From: an uncultured Ruminococcus sp.
Lineage (GTDB): Bacteria; Bacillota; Clostridia; Lachnospirales; Lachnospiraceae
Assembly: GCA_900541505.1 (NCBI GenBank)
Contig: UQKK01000007.1
Span: 2,650-66,649, forward strand
DNA length: 64,000 nt
Direction: 5' to 3'
Shown here: one piece after another, positions 50,051 to 59,558 of the stretch
How the letters are laid out: the number at the start of each line of letters is the position of its first letter
Numbering within the stretch: the stretch's first letter is position 1
Notes under the pieces: generated by a model
The model's database searches: none
The model's input: only the letters and a program-made list of their open reading frames with translations
What the model was told of the DNA's origin: nothing
Program-made: the position numbers and the translations under genes

Positions 50051-50891
50051 CTCTTAACAATTCCTCCACATACACAGGCAGGGCGAACACGCCCGCATGG
50101 AGCCTGGGTTCATAGTATCTCGTCTTAATGCCCAGCAGCTTCCACTCCACCTTCTTCAAATCATCCAGGGGATGATAGACCTTCGAGGCAAAACCAAACA
50201 GCCAGTGTCCCGATGGATAGGAAGGCAGATGCGCCTGATACACCCGGCAAATCGGGAAGGTACTCACAATCCGCTTGTGCATGCGCTGGCACTGGTATGC
50301 CTCCTCCTCATAGAAGGGGCTTTCATTCTGATTTATCATGATACCGTCTTCCCGCAGCGCATTGTAGCAGTTCCCGTAAAATTCCTTGGTAAACAAGCCC
50401 TCGCCCGCGCCGAATGGGTTGGGGGAATCAATAATAATCAAGTCATAGCTGTCCGCTTTGGAGCGGATGTAGCGCACCCCGTCCTCGTGGAAAATGCTCA
50501 CGCGGCTGTCCGTGAGACTGTTGGCAATCTCCGGCAGATATTTCCGGCAGACCTCCACCAAGAGCGGGTCAATCTCTACCACATCAATGGTGCGAACGGA
50601 ATCATACTTGATGAGTTCCCTCACAACGCCGCCGTCTCCTCCGCCCATGACAAGTACGTCCTTAATCTCCGGGTTTACGGCAAAGGGTACATGGGTAATC
50701 ATCTCGTGGTAGATGAACTCGTCCTTCTCCGTGAGCATCAAATCCCCGTCCACCACCAGTATTTTTCCAAATTCTTTCGACTCCAGCACGTCAATCCTCT
50801 GAAACTCACTCTGCGCGCTGAATAACTGTTCCTCAATACGGATGGAGAGCTTCACCCCGTCCGTATGCATGTCTGAAAACCACATTTCCAT
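50040..50891 (-). CDS. speE: Spermidine synthase
   Basis: VLVMGGGDGGVVREL...IIDSPNPFG. Start MEMWFSD with a GAGGGT RBS. Confidence 0.85.
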   Translation of the reverse strand: MEMWFSDMHTDGVKLSIRIEEQLFSAQSEFQRIDVLESKEFGKILVVDGDLMLTEKDEFIYHEMITHVPFAVNPEIKDVLVMGGGDGGVVRELIKYDSVRTIDVVEIDPLLVEVCRKYLPEIANSLTDSRVSIFHEDGVRYIRSKADSYDLIIIDSPNPFGAGEGLFTKEFYGNCYNALREDGIMINQNESPFYEEEAYQCQRMHKRIVSTFPICRVYQAHLPSYPSGHWLFGFASKVYHPLDDLKKVEWKLLGIKTRYYEPRLHAGVFALPVYVEELLRDVE

Positions 50892-50896
50892 AATTC

Positions 50897-52348
50897 TTAC
50901 CCTCTTACTACATTCAAACACTCTATTTTTTCATCTTCCGGTCCGGTCAGGGAACATCCCTTCTCCTTGGCGTAGAGGATGTAGTCGATGATTTCATCTG
51001 TAATCTCCTCCCCCGGCGCCAGAATCGGGATTCCAGGCGGATAACACATGACAAACTCACTGCAGACACGCCCCTTGGCTTCCCGGATAGGAAGCGCTTC
51101 CTTCTGTGCGTAAAAGGACTCCTGAGGTGTCATCACCACTTTCGGAGAAATATATTCCTGAGAGAGCATACCCGTCTTATCCTTCTGATATCTGCGCCGC
51201 AAATCCGCTAAGGCACTCACCAGACGCTCCACCTCCAGCTTCCTGTCCCCAATGGAAAGGTAAGCCAGCACATTTCCCAAATCTCCGAACTCAATCTGGA
51301 TGTCGTACTCATCCCGCAGAATGTCGTAAACCTCAATCCCGGCAAGTCCGATGTCCAGCGTGTGAATGGACAGCTTGGTGGGGTCAAAATCATAGATACT
51401 GTCACCGTTTATCAGTTCTCTGCCAAAGGCATAATAATTCTCAATCTGGTTAATCTCCATCCGGGCGTACTCCGCAAGATTTACCACCCGCTCAAAGGAC
51501 TCCTCCCCCCGGAGCGCTAAGTTTCTCCTGGAAATATCCAGACTGGATAAAAGCAGGTAAGAACCGCTGGTGGTCTGTGTCAAGTTGATAATCTGCCGCA
51601 CATAGCCCGGATTCATGCCATTTCCTGTCAGCAAAAAGGAACTCTGGGTGAGACTTCCGCCCGATTTATGCATGCTCACCGACGCCATATCCGCCCCCGC
51701 TTCCATTGCGGACACCGGCAGATTTTTTCCGAAATAAAAATGCGTCCCGTGCGCCTCGTCCACCAGCACCTTCATGCCCTTCTCATGAGCTTTCTTTACA
51801 ATCGCCTTTAAGTTAGAACAGATTCCGTAATAGGTGGGATTGTTGACAAATACCGCCACCGCATCAGGATTTTCCTCGATGGCGCGCTCCACCGCGTCCA
51901 TCTTCATCCCCAGCGAGATTCCCAGCTTCTGGTCCACATCCGGGTTCACGTAAATCGGTTTCGCGCCGCAGAGCACCAGCGCATTGATGGCGCTGCGGTG
52001 TACATTCCTGGGCAGGATGATTTTATCGTCCTTCTTACAGCACCCTAAAATCATGGACTGTACCGACGAGGTGGTTCCCCCTACCATCAAAAAGGCGTGC
52101 TCCGCGCCAAACGCTTCCGCCGCCAGTTCCTCCGCCTCCTTGATGACAGAGATGGGATGACAGAGATTGTCCAGCGGTTTCATGGAATTGACGTCAATAC
52201 TGACGCACCGCTCCCCCAAAAGCCCTACCAGCTCCGGGTTCCCCCTGCCGTGTTTATGTCCCGGAACGTCAAAAGGTACGACCCGGTTTCTCCTGAATTT
52301 TTCCAATGCCTCATAGATTGGGGCGCTTTTCTGTGATAATTTTGCCAT
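50897..52348 (-). CDS. speA: Orn/Lys/Arg decarboxylase family I enzyme (SpeA-type arginine decarboxylase by operon context)
   Basis: OKR_DC_1 major domain (PLP Lys in SMHKSGGSLTQSS). First gene of the speE-speB-CANSDH-nspC operon. GGGAGGAG RBS. Confidence 0.8.
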   Translation of the reverse strand: MAKLSQKSAPIYEALEKFRRNRVVPFDVPGHKHGRGNPELVGLLGERCVSIDVNSMKPLDNLCHPISVIKEAEELAAEAFGAEHAFLMVGGTTSSVQSMILGCCKKDDKIILPRNVHRSAINALVLCGAKPIYVNPDVDQKLGISLGMKMDAVERAIEENPDAVAVFVNNPTYYGICSNLKAIVKKAHEKGMKVLVDEAHGTHFYFGKNLPVSAMEAGADMASVSMHKSGGSLTQSSFLLTGNGMNPGYVRQIINLTQTTSGSYLLLSSLDISRRNLALRGEESFERVVNLAEYARMEINQIENYYAFGRELINGDSIYDFDPTKLSIHTLDIGLAGIEVYDILRDEYDIQIEFGDLGNVLAYLSIGDRKLEVERLVSALADLRRRYQKDKTGMLSQEYISPKVVMTPQESFYAQKEALPIREAKGRVCSEFVMCYPPGIPILAPGEEITDEIIDYILYAKEKGCSLTGPEDEKIECLNVVRG

Positions 52349-52377
52349 GTTTCTCCTCCCAGAGGTTTCCTATGAAT

Positions 52378-52500
52378 AAAGAGTTCCGCTTGCGGAACTC
52401 TCGCGCCGAGCGCGGTCGCTTTAGCGACAAACTTCCACTGCGCGCGAGTGCGCATCAGCGGAGCGTTTTATTTAATAGGGAACGAAGTTTCCTATTAAGT
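52378..52500 (-). promoter_or_regulatory. Unclassified conserved structured 5'UTR element, copy B (between the speA leader terminator and the speA RBS)
   Basis: See copy A. Shared blocks: GGAAACTTCGTTCC hairpin, GATGCGCAC..GCGCG, GTCGCNNAAGCGACCGCGCYCGGCGCGARAGTTCCGYAARCGGAAC. Confidence 0.5.
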
Positions 52501-52551
52501 AAAAAACACAGGTGAGTCAGCTTACGCTTCGTGCCGCTTCACCTGTGTTTA
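52501..52551 (-). terminator. Intrinsic terminator inside the speA leader
   Basis: Minus strand AACACAGGTGA-loop-TCACCTGTGTT + TTTTT. Confidence 0.65.
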
Positions 52552-52819
52552 TATCCTGTATCATTCTTCGTTTTATTCCTACGGATGTAACAGATATTGG
52601 ACTTAGAGTCTATATAGCAAATATTTTTACTTTTACTACTCTTATTGACCGTTTCACAAGCTTCGTTTGTCACGAATATAGCGCCGGGATACACCGGCGA
52701 TACCGGTTATAAAGTAACCAACTTATAAAATCTGAGTTCCTCACTCAATCAATAATGCAGCTTGCGCCGCGTAAAATATTTGCATGGAGAACTTTCCAAC
52801 TACCTGCTTTCCATACATT

Positions 52820-52855
52820 CTGTATAGTAGCACAGAAAATCATAAAATTCAAGAA
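52820..52855 (-). promoter_or_regulatory. Putative sigma-A promoter of the speA operon
   Basis: Minus strand TTGAAT, 17 nt, TACTAT. This gives a ~465-nt 5'UTR. Confidence 0.5.
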
Positions 52856-53040
52856 GTTTTACTGCTGTTTTTATACATGTTACAGTTCGCAGGTACCTGC
52901 GAACTGTAACGATTTCAGCCCATTTAAAATGCATCTTCGATGCATGGGGCTGAAATCCTGCGATTCGCCATACTGGCGCATAGCTTGACAGCTAGTGTCA
53001 AGCTTGCGAGTGAACAGTACCCATCTTTCCCTTCCCTGCG

Positions 53041-55629
53041 TCACTCTGCTTTGGGAAAGATGACTTCCACTTTAAACAAATCCCCATCCAGATAGAGATT
53101 CATCTCTCCGCCCTGGAGTTTTGTGAGGCTCTGGGCGATGGAAAGTCCCAGACCGCTGCCTTCGGTGCTCCGTGAGAGGTCTCCCCGGATAAAGCGTTCC
53201 GTCAGTTCATCGGCGGAAATGTTAAGCTGCTGCTCGGAAATGTTTTTCAGGGAGAAGCGGACATGTTTCTCATCCGTCATTAAATCCGCATAAACTCTGG
53301 TGCCCGGCATAGCATATTTTGCCGCGTTGCCGAAAATATTTTCCAGCACCCTCCAAAGTCTCCTGCCGTCTGCGTACACAACCGCCTTTTCTTCGGGAAG
53401 TGTGGTTATCATGGTCAGGTTTCTCGCTGCGAATTTTTCTTCAAATTCTCCTTCTGTCTGCTGTACCATCTCCACCAAATCAACATTCATAAGCTCCAGA
53501 CTGATATTGCCGCTGCTGACTTTGGACGCTTCCACCACATCCTCTGTCAGTATCTTTAAGCGCTGCGCCTTCGCCTCCAAAATCTCCAGGTATCCGCGTA
53601 TCTTCTCATCCTGAAAATTCTCCCTCTTTAAAAGGTCCACATAGTTGATGATAGAAGTCAGCGGTGTCTTGATATCATGAGATACATTGGTAATCAAATC
53701 GGTTTTCAGGCGTTCGCTCTTTACGCTCTCCTCCACCGCGCGGTTCAAACCATTTCCGATATCATTTACTCGCTCTGCCAGCTCCCGGTTGACCCCTCTC
53801 AATCCCTGAGTAGAAATCTGATAGTTCAAATCACCTGAAGCAATCTTTTCAATCCCCTTCTTGAGGCGGTTCTTTGCCACGGCGTTTGTCACAACATAAT
53901 AGATAACTGCCAAATCCGCCGCAATTGCCGGAATCACGAAAAATGGATGCCATCCCGTGGCGACACACATGAAATGCAGTGCGAACAGCCCCGCTAATGC
54001 CACAACCTCTCTCCAAGTGACAGAACGATTCCTCCAGAACAGTGCAAGGAATTTTATCATCAAGCGGAGCAGGCTGTCCTTCCACAGCGACCTTGCCTTG
54101 ATTCTCCTGACAAGACTCAAATACCCTGCCAGGAAGCAGCATCCGGTGATAAATCCATATATACTCAGCACAATAACATCTCCCGTATCTGCATAGATTG
54201 TGGAAAGTCCACTGAAATACACATAAGGTCCGTGATTATAAACATTATCGGGATAATAATAGTTCATCGAGGAAATCCCTGTCCAGGCTGAGGACAGCAG
54301 TGCCGTAAAGCCCAGCCATATACCGATAACGACCGCAGCAGCGATTTCCGTTTTCCATCTGTCAAAACCATTCAGATGTACTTCTTCATCCTCCGCTCTT
54401 CTCCCGGCGATACATGTCAGCCATACGAGGCTTAAGATAAGACCAGACACCGCCGCGATTTCCAGAAGCAGGCTCGCCTTCAAGTAGGGAAGATTCTGCT
54501 CATAGCTTTTTTTGAGGTTGTAAAATTCATCCTGTATGGGGAAATCAGTATCCACCCATGCGGCAAATACAAAGTTGTCGTCCTTCGCCCCATCTCCGAT
54601 ATAGTGTTCCGCCATATCATGATAAGTGCCCGCAGAGATTGCTGTATTTGTCTGGAAATCCACGAGTTTCGGGTAGATGACCACATACTTGTTGTTCTCC
54701 GCCGCCATCATCTCCTCAATATGTTTCTCTGCCTGTGCATAATCCTGATACTCTGCTCTGTTGGTAAACACCTGCTTCGTATCTGTCTTCACATACATAT
54801 AAGTAAAGTTTGTATTGCCTTCCTCGTAAACCTCGGAATTATTCAGATACGTATAGAGTGGACTGTATAAGGTATAAAGTGCGTTGTCCAACATCTGGTA
54901 TATATCTGTCAGCCTTCCGTTGAGAGCCGGCGTCTCATTTACAATATCCAGCAGATTTTCTGCTCCTATGGGAGCATACTCCTCCTTTAAGGAAGACCCG
55001 AAGTTCCAGCAGTCCGTATATAATACTTTCCCTTCAGAATCCTCCACACGGATTTCCCCATATCCGGGAGATGTGCGGTATCCGTTTTTCAGTTCTTCCA
55101 GAACTTCCCCCAGAGGTTCTCCATCTGACACAATGCGGATTGCCCCCGCCTCTGTCATTTCCATAAATTCGTCCAGATAATAATAGTAGTAGCCTCCCTC
55201 TGGTTTTTCGCAGACAATGACGCCGGTCTCTGTATAAAGAGGGTCGGAAGAATTCACGTATTTCTTGCCCCAGTCGTATAAATCCCCCAGATAATACGCC
55301 ACTTTGGATTCATTTTCCCCTGAAATGGTCCCCTCCTCCGCATACTCCATGATATCTACGATTTTCTTCTCATCATATTTTCCGTCTGTCTCAAAATTCT
55401 CTTTCCAATACTGCTGGTCCAGTATTGTATATATGGCGTTTTCCATCGCGTTCTGAAAGTCTGCGGATTCCTCATATTCCGGCTTGTTAAGACTCCATGT
55501 CTCTTTCTGGAACAGATTGCCGGAAAACGCCGCCAGCAAAACAGTGCTTATCATCAGCATCGTCACACTCGCAATTGCCAGCAATACAAGCACTGTTTTT
55601 ATAAGAGGTTTTCTATACCACTTTTTCAT
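53041..55629 (-). CDS. Sensor histidine kinase with large N-terminal extracellular domain and multi-TM region (HisKA + HATPase_c)
   Basis: 862 aa. H-box NVSHDIKTPLTSIINYVDLL. G-boxes GSGLGLSIAQSL. AAAGGAG RBS. Confidence 0.85.
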   Translation of the reverse strand: MKKWYRKPLIKTVLVLLAIASVTMLMISTVLLAAFSGNLFQKETWSLNKPEYEESADFQNAMENAIYTILDQQYWKENFETDGKYDEKKIVDIMEYAEEGTISGENESKVAYYLGDLYDWGKKYVNSSDPLYTETGVIVCEKPEGGYYYYYLDEFMEMTEAGAIRIVSDGEPLGEVLEELKNGYRTSPGYGEIRVEDSEGKVLYTDCWNFGSSLKEEYAPIGAENLLDIVNETPALNGRLTDIYQMLDNALYTLYSPLYTYLNNSEVYEEGNTNFTYMYVKTDTKQVFTNRAEYQDYAQAEKHIEEMMAAENNKYVVIYPKLVDFQTNTAISAGTYHDMAEHYIGDGAKDDNFVFAAWVDTDFPIQDEFYNLKKSYEQNLPYLKASLLLEIAAVSGLILSLVWLTCIAGRRAEDEEVHLNGFDRWKTEIAAAVVIGIWLGFTALLSSAWTGISSMNYYYPDNVYNHGPYVYFSGLSTIYADTGDVIVLSIYGFITGCCFLAGYLSLVRRIKARSLWKDSLLRLMIKFLALFWRNRSVTWREVVALAGLFALHFMCVATGWHPFFVIPAIAADLAVIYYVVTNAVAKNRLKKGIEKIASGDLNYQISTQGLRGVNRELAERVNDIGNGLNRAVEESVKSERLKTDLITNVSHDIKTPLTSIINYVDLLKRENFQDEKIRGYLEILEAKAQRLKILTEDVVEASKVSSGNISLELMNVDLVEMVQQTEGEFEEKFAARNLTMITTLPEEKAVVYADGRRLWRVLENIFGNAAKYAMPGTRVYADLMTDEKHVRFSLKNISEQQLNISADELTERFIRGDLSRSTEGSGLGLSIAQSLTKLQGGEMNLYLDGDLFKVEVIFPKAE

Positions 55630-55650
55630 AATGCTCCTTTCCGGGAGATG

Positions 55651-56346
55651 TTATATCTTTTCTATCTTATATCCGACTCCCCAGACCACTTTTAAATATC
55701 TGGGCTCTTTCGGATTGATTTCTATCTTTTCCCGTATATGCCGGATGTGCACGGCTACCGTGTTGTCCGCGCCTATGGCATCTTCATTCCAGATAGATTC
55801 GTAAATCTGATTGATGGAAAAGACTCTCCCCTGGTTTTTCATCAATAACAGTAAAATATTGTATTCAATCGGCGTCAGCTTTACCGGCTCTCCGTCAACC
55901 GTCACTTCCTTCAAATCATCGTTGATTCGTAAGCCTCCGGTCTCATATACCGTGTCTTCATTTTCCTTTTTGCTTCCGCCAAGCTGGTTGTAACGCCGAA
56001 GCTGTGACTTCACGCGCGCTACCAGTTCCAGCGGGTTAAAGGGCTTTGTCACGTAGTCGTCCGCTCCGATATTCAGTCCCAGAATCTTATCCGCATCCTC
56101 TGACTTCGCCGACAAGATAATAATCGGGATACTGTTCTTTTCCCGGATTTTCAGCGTTGCCCGGATTCCGTCAAGACGAGGCATCATCACGTCCAGAATC
56201 AGGAGATTGACCTCCTCCTTCTCCAGAACTTCCAAAGCCTCGATTCCGTCATATGCCTTCAGGATGTGATACCCTTCCTGGGATAAATATATCTCAATCG
56301 CCTCGACGATTTCTTTGTCATCGTCACATACCAAAATATTATACAT
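55651..56346 (-). CDS. OmpR-family response regulator
   Basis: REC (ILVCDDDKEIVE...LLILDVMMPRLDG) + winged-helix trans_reg_C (VDGEPVKLTPIEYNILLLLMKNQGRVFS). ATG at 56346 with a GGGAGGTG RBS. Confidence 0.85.
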   Translation of the reverse strand: MYNILVCDDDKEIVEAIEIYLSQEGYHILKAYDGIEALEVLEKEEVNLLILDVMMPRLDGIRATLKIREKNSIPIIILSAKSEDADKILGLNIGADDYVTKPFNPLELVARVKSQLRRYNQLGGSKKENEDTVYETGGLRINDDLKEVTVDGEPVKLTPIEYNILLLLMKNQGRVFSINQIYESIWNEDAIGADNTVAVHIRHIREKIEINPKEPRYLKVVWGVGYKIEKI

Positions 56347-56729
56347 TTTCATCACCTCCCTTACAGTATACATGATACGGGAGATTTTTTAAGGTCTGAT
56401 TGGGGAAAATCTTATGAAATTATTAATTATGGAATAGAACCGCCAAAAATCATATTATGGCACCAGTCAAAAACGGCGTATTTACGGACTTTTCTGCATG
56501 GTGTGTACCATTGATATCGGCATTGGTTTTCTCTACTAGTATCACGATAGTGACATTTTTGGACGCTTTTACTAGTGACATTTTACTAGTGTCACTGGAA
56601 AGCCCGGAACCTCTCCGATTCGATAGGTCAAAGGTCGCGTTTTTCTGCTCCTTCTACTCCTCTTTAGTCTGTCTGCTCGCCTAATTGCCTTCCCCGCGGT
56701 CATGTCTGTATATCCTTCATGGTTCTTCA

Positions 56730-57620
56730 TCATAAACATCCCAGCTCCTTCTCCGCCCATCTCAATGCTTCTCTTTCTACCTCACTTGTCCATGTCTCAT
56801 TGAATCGCTGTACTCCTATATGACGAACAGAGGCAGAAGAAAGATATTCCTCATAGTATCGGCGGTATTTATATCTGTGTGAGCGCTGTTTAAGCGTCCG
56901 CACAGCTTTGTCTTGAATCTTCTTTACATTCTGTAGGCTTATTCCGAAACGCTCACCCGTCTCTTTCAACGTCTTCCCTTCCTGGTATCTCAACCGGATA
57001 ACAGCGGGCTGATTGTTTGGCAGACCATCCACAGCAAGCCATAACTCCCGCTTCATTTCCTCTGTATCCATTGCTTCGATAACATTCTCCTCTATTTCCA
57101 CATCCGATGAAATGGTGTCCCCTATGGTAACATCTTCATCCATTCCCGGCATAGGTTCATCAAGGCTGCGTATCTGCCTCATATGAGCCACTTTCTTAAT
57201 CTGGTCGAGTTTTTCCTCACTGACACCTAAAAGTGTGCTCATTTCACTGTCTGTGGCTTCATGACCGTAATACTTGCAATATTCTCCGGCAATCTTCTTA
57301 TATCGCTGCGCCTCGTCCACAGCATGAGAAGGAAGTCGCACCATCCGGCAGCAATTATCTACATAGCGCCGCATACGCTGCTTTATCCAAAAGGCAGCAT
57401 AATTGATGAACAAAATCCCTTTATCTGCCTCATAATGGCGAGCAGCTTCATAAAGTCCGATGAATCCCTCTTGCTGTAAGTCCTCCATTTCTGCAATTGA
57501 GGAATACCTTCGGGCAATCATGGCTACAAACGCCTTATTTTTCTCCCAAAGATTCAGCATGTCCTCCGAGCTCTGTCCCTCTGATTTTATTCTGGCAACC
57601 AATTGTTCATTGTCCATCAT
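56730..57620 (-). CDS. Sigma-70 family RNA polymerase sigma factor (regions 2 and 4) with a ~60-aa C-terminal extension, carried by the satellite element
   Basis: Region 2 FIGLYEAARHYEADKGILFINYAAFWIKQRMRRYV. Region 4 LPNNQPAVIRLRYQEGKTLKETGERFGISLQNVKKIQDKAVRTLK. ATG ATG start with a GAAAGGTGG RBS; the ORF-track start is a GTG. Confidence 0.75.
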   Translation of the reverse strand: MMDNEQLVARIKSEGQSSEDMLNLWEKNKAFVAMIARRYSSIAEMEDLQQEGFIGLYEAARHYEADKGILFINYAAFWIKQRMRRYVDNCCRMVRLPSHAVDEAQRYKKIAGEYCKYYGHEATDSEMSTLLGVSEEKLDQIKKVAHMRQIRSLDEPMPGMDEDVTIGDTISSDVEIEENVIEAMDTEEMKRELWLAVDGLPNNQPAVIRLRYQEGKTLKETGERFGISLQNVKKIQDKAVRTLKQRSHRYKYRRYYEEYLSSASVRHIGVQRFNETWTSEVEREALRWAEKELGCL

Positions 57621-57647
57621 ACAGACCACCTTTCAAAAAATGCCCCA

Positions 57648-57700
57648 GGCGCAAGGAGAAAAAACGCCCAGGGCACTCTTATTCGATTTTCAGCGTGTGT
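57648..57700 (-). terminator. Terminator between the capsid gene and the sigma factor gene
   Basis: Minus strand TGCCCTGGGCG-loop-CGCCTGGGGCA + TTTTTT. Confidence 0.45.
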
Positions 57701-57788
57701 TTTTTTTCGCAGTGACGGCGGGTAGGGCGATTTCATCCGTGGTGGGGGAGGTATGCCCCCTATTGTTCAACGGATTCACAACCTCCGC

Positions 57789-58649
57789 CTATGCTTCTGT
57801 CCCTGTCGGGTAGTAGTAGATACCCTTCTTTTTATTATCCATTACAAAACAGTCGTAGCAGATACGCCCTGTCACAATCGTCCCACTTGACAGCGGTGTG
57901 TCGTTATGAGTCCCATAGTCCTCTAATTTTACGGGTGCCACTGTCGCGCTGGGGTGCGCAATCATAAAACCAAAATATTTAGGTAATCTGTTTGCCGGAA
58001 CCTTCACGACTTGGCAGCCGTCAATTGTCCCCACTACACCCAGCTTCCTCATTTCCGCTGCTACTTCTGTATTGTCGAATACATCCGCTTGCTTTAGCAG
58101 CTTATAACTTGCGGGTGGGACTACAATAACTCTGTCTGTGTCCGGGACTTCTGCGTCATCCAGCGTCTCACTTCCTGCAAGGATGGCATCGTAGATGTTC
58201 GACTTTGTAAGTGCTGCCGCTGTTGCTGTGGTTCCTGCACCTGCAACCATCTTTGCATACACATAAGTATCTACCTCTGGAATGACTACCTCCCTTAATT
58301 CTCTGGAAAGAGCGGAAGCTGCCGCTACCTGTCCCTCTGTCTCATCCTCATCCAACTTATCCACATTAAAGATAAAACTGCGGTCTTTGGAAAGTACCAT
58401 TTCTTCTGTCTGCGCGCTTAAATCCTTCAGTACGCCATACCGTGAAATGCTCTCGGTCTCGCTGTCATCCCCGCTGCGGTTCCTTGAATAATCATTGAGT
58501 CCTACTGTACTAATCTTCCAAATGGCTACTGTGTGAGCCCCTGTCCAATCAAAATCCTGGTTCGTCAATAATGACGTTTTACTCTCTTCTTTAAATGCTT
58601 CATCTGTATATGGTGCGAATTTTTTTGCTAATTCTATAGACAATGTCAA
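57789..58649 (-). CDS. Putative phage major capsid protein
   Basis: 286 aa, immediately downstream of a DUF4355 scaffold gene (canonical scaffold-capsid order). Composition and size resemble small HK97-fold / N4-gp56-type capsid proteins. TTG start with AGGAGG only 2 nt upstream. Confidence 0.5.
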   Translation of the reverse strand: MTLSIELAKKFAPYTDEAFKEESKTSLLTNQDFDWTGAHTVAIWKISTVGLNDYSRNRSGDDSETESISRYGVLKDLSAQTEEMVLSKDRSFIFNVDKLDEDETEGQVAAASALSRELREVVIPEVDTYVYAKMVAGAGTTATAAALTKSNIYDAILAGSETLDDAEVPDTDRVIVVPPASYKLLKQADVFDNTEVAAEMRKLGVVGTIDGCQVVKVPANRLPKYFGFMIAHPSATVAPVKLEDYGTHNDTPLSSGTIVTGRICYDCFVMDNKKKGIYYYPTGTEA

Positions 58650-58655
58650 AACCTC

Positions 58656-59129
58656 CTATTCATCATCGCCCAGTATTTCATAGGGCTTAGGCTTATGTTT
58701 CGGATTGCGGAAAGCGCTTGCGACTGCACCCTCGCCGTACATGTTCGGCTCTGTTGAAGCCAACGGCGCACTCTGATGACCGTACCCTTTGAATACCTCC
58801 ATCACTCGCCCCGCCTTTTCCTGAAACGCCTTGCTGTCATCTGTATCAATTACATCCAGAAGCTCCACAGGCAAACCTTTGTCCAACAGGTACTCTTTAC
58901 AGTCCAGCCTGCTCTCTTTCCGTCTTATGCCCGTCTCCATTTCAGCAAGTTCTTGAGCCCTGGCTTCATTTTCACTGTTCTTCTCCGCTGCCGCTGTTGC
59001 CTTCTGACGGCTCAATCGTTCTCTGACAATCCGATCAACGTCTGCCTGTGTGAATTTCTTTTCATCAGCGCCCTGCGGCTCATTTTTAGATTCAACCTGT
59101 TCTTCTGTCACATTCTGTCTTTCTTCCAT
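58656..59129 (-). CDS. Phage capsid scaffolding protein (DUF4355-like)
   Basis: FTQADVDRIVRERLSRQKA motif is typical of DUF4355 scaffolding proteins. Acidic/coiled composition. Confidence 0.6.
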   Translation of the reverse strand: MEERQNVTEEQVESKNEPQGADEKKFTQADVDRIVRERLSRQKATAAAEKNSENEARAQELAEMETGIRRKESRLDCKEYLLDKGLPVELLDVIDTDDSKAFQEKAGRVMEVFKGYGHQSAPLASTEPNMYGEGAVASAFRNPKHKPKPYEILGDDE

Positions 59130-59558
59130 CTTTTCTCTCCTCCATTTTTCCGTTCGAGTTACGTGTTACCAATACAAAAGGCGCGGAAACAATCGCAGTC
59201 ATGGCACACTGCAATCATTCCCACGCCCTAAGGCTTACACTATCAAAGCAAGGAGTTAAGCTTCTTTAGTGCGGTCTCTGTATTGTTACATAAATTATAC
59301 AACACCTATATCTTTATTGCAATCTCTTTGTTTCGATATATGCCCTTTTATACTGTCCCTTCTGGGGCTGTAGCTTCCAGGACTTCACTACAGGGAGCAG
59401 CAGCCGAATCACTTTCGCCAGTTCTTTATCTTCTGTATAGGATATCCTTATTTTTACGCTCACACTCTTCCTCCTCTTCATCCAGCAGCATAATATACGC
59501 TGTATCTTCGTCCACTCCGTAAATATCCATGATTTCATACAATCTGAATCTTCTTACT

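Noticed and set aside
52501-52560. speA leader as a T-box
   Set aside because: The sequence preceding the terminator (ACAGGTGAAGCGGCAC) does not fit the T-box consensus (AGGGTGGTACCGCG), and no AGAGA / specifier architecture was found.
57789-58649. Alternative upstream start for the capsid gene
   Set aside because: An in-frame TAG lies immediately upstream of the TTG, so the TTG with an unusually close AGGAGG (2-nt spacer) is the only possible start. Flagged as unusual but not an annotation error.
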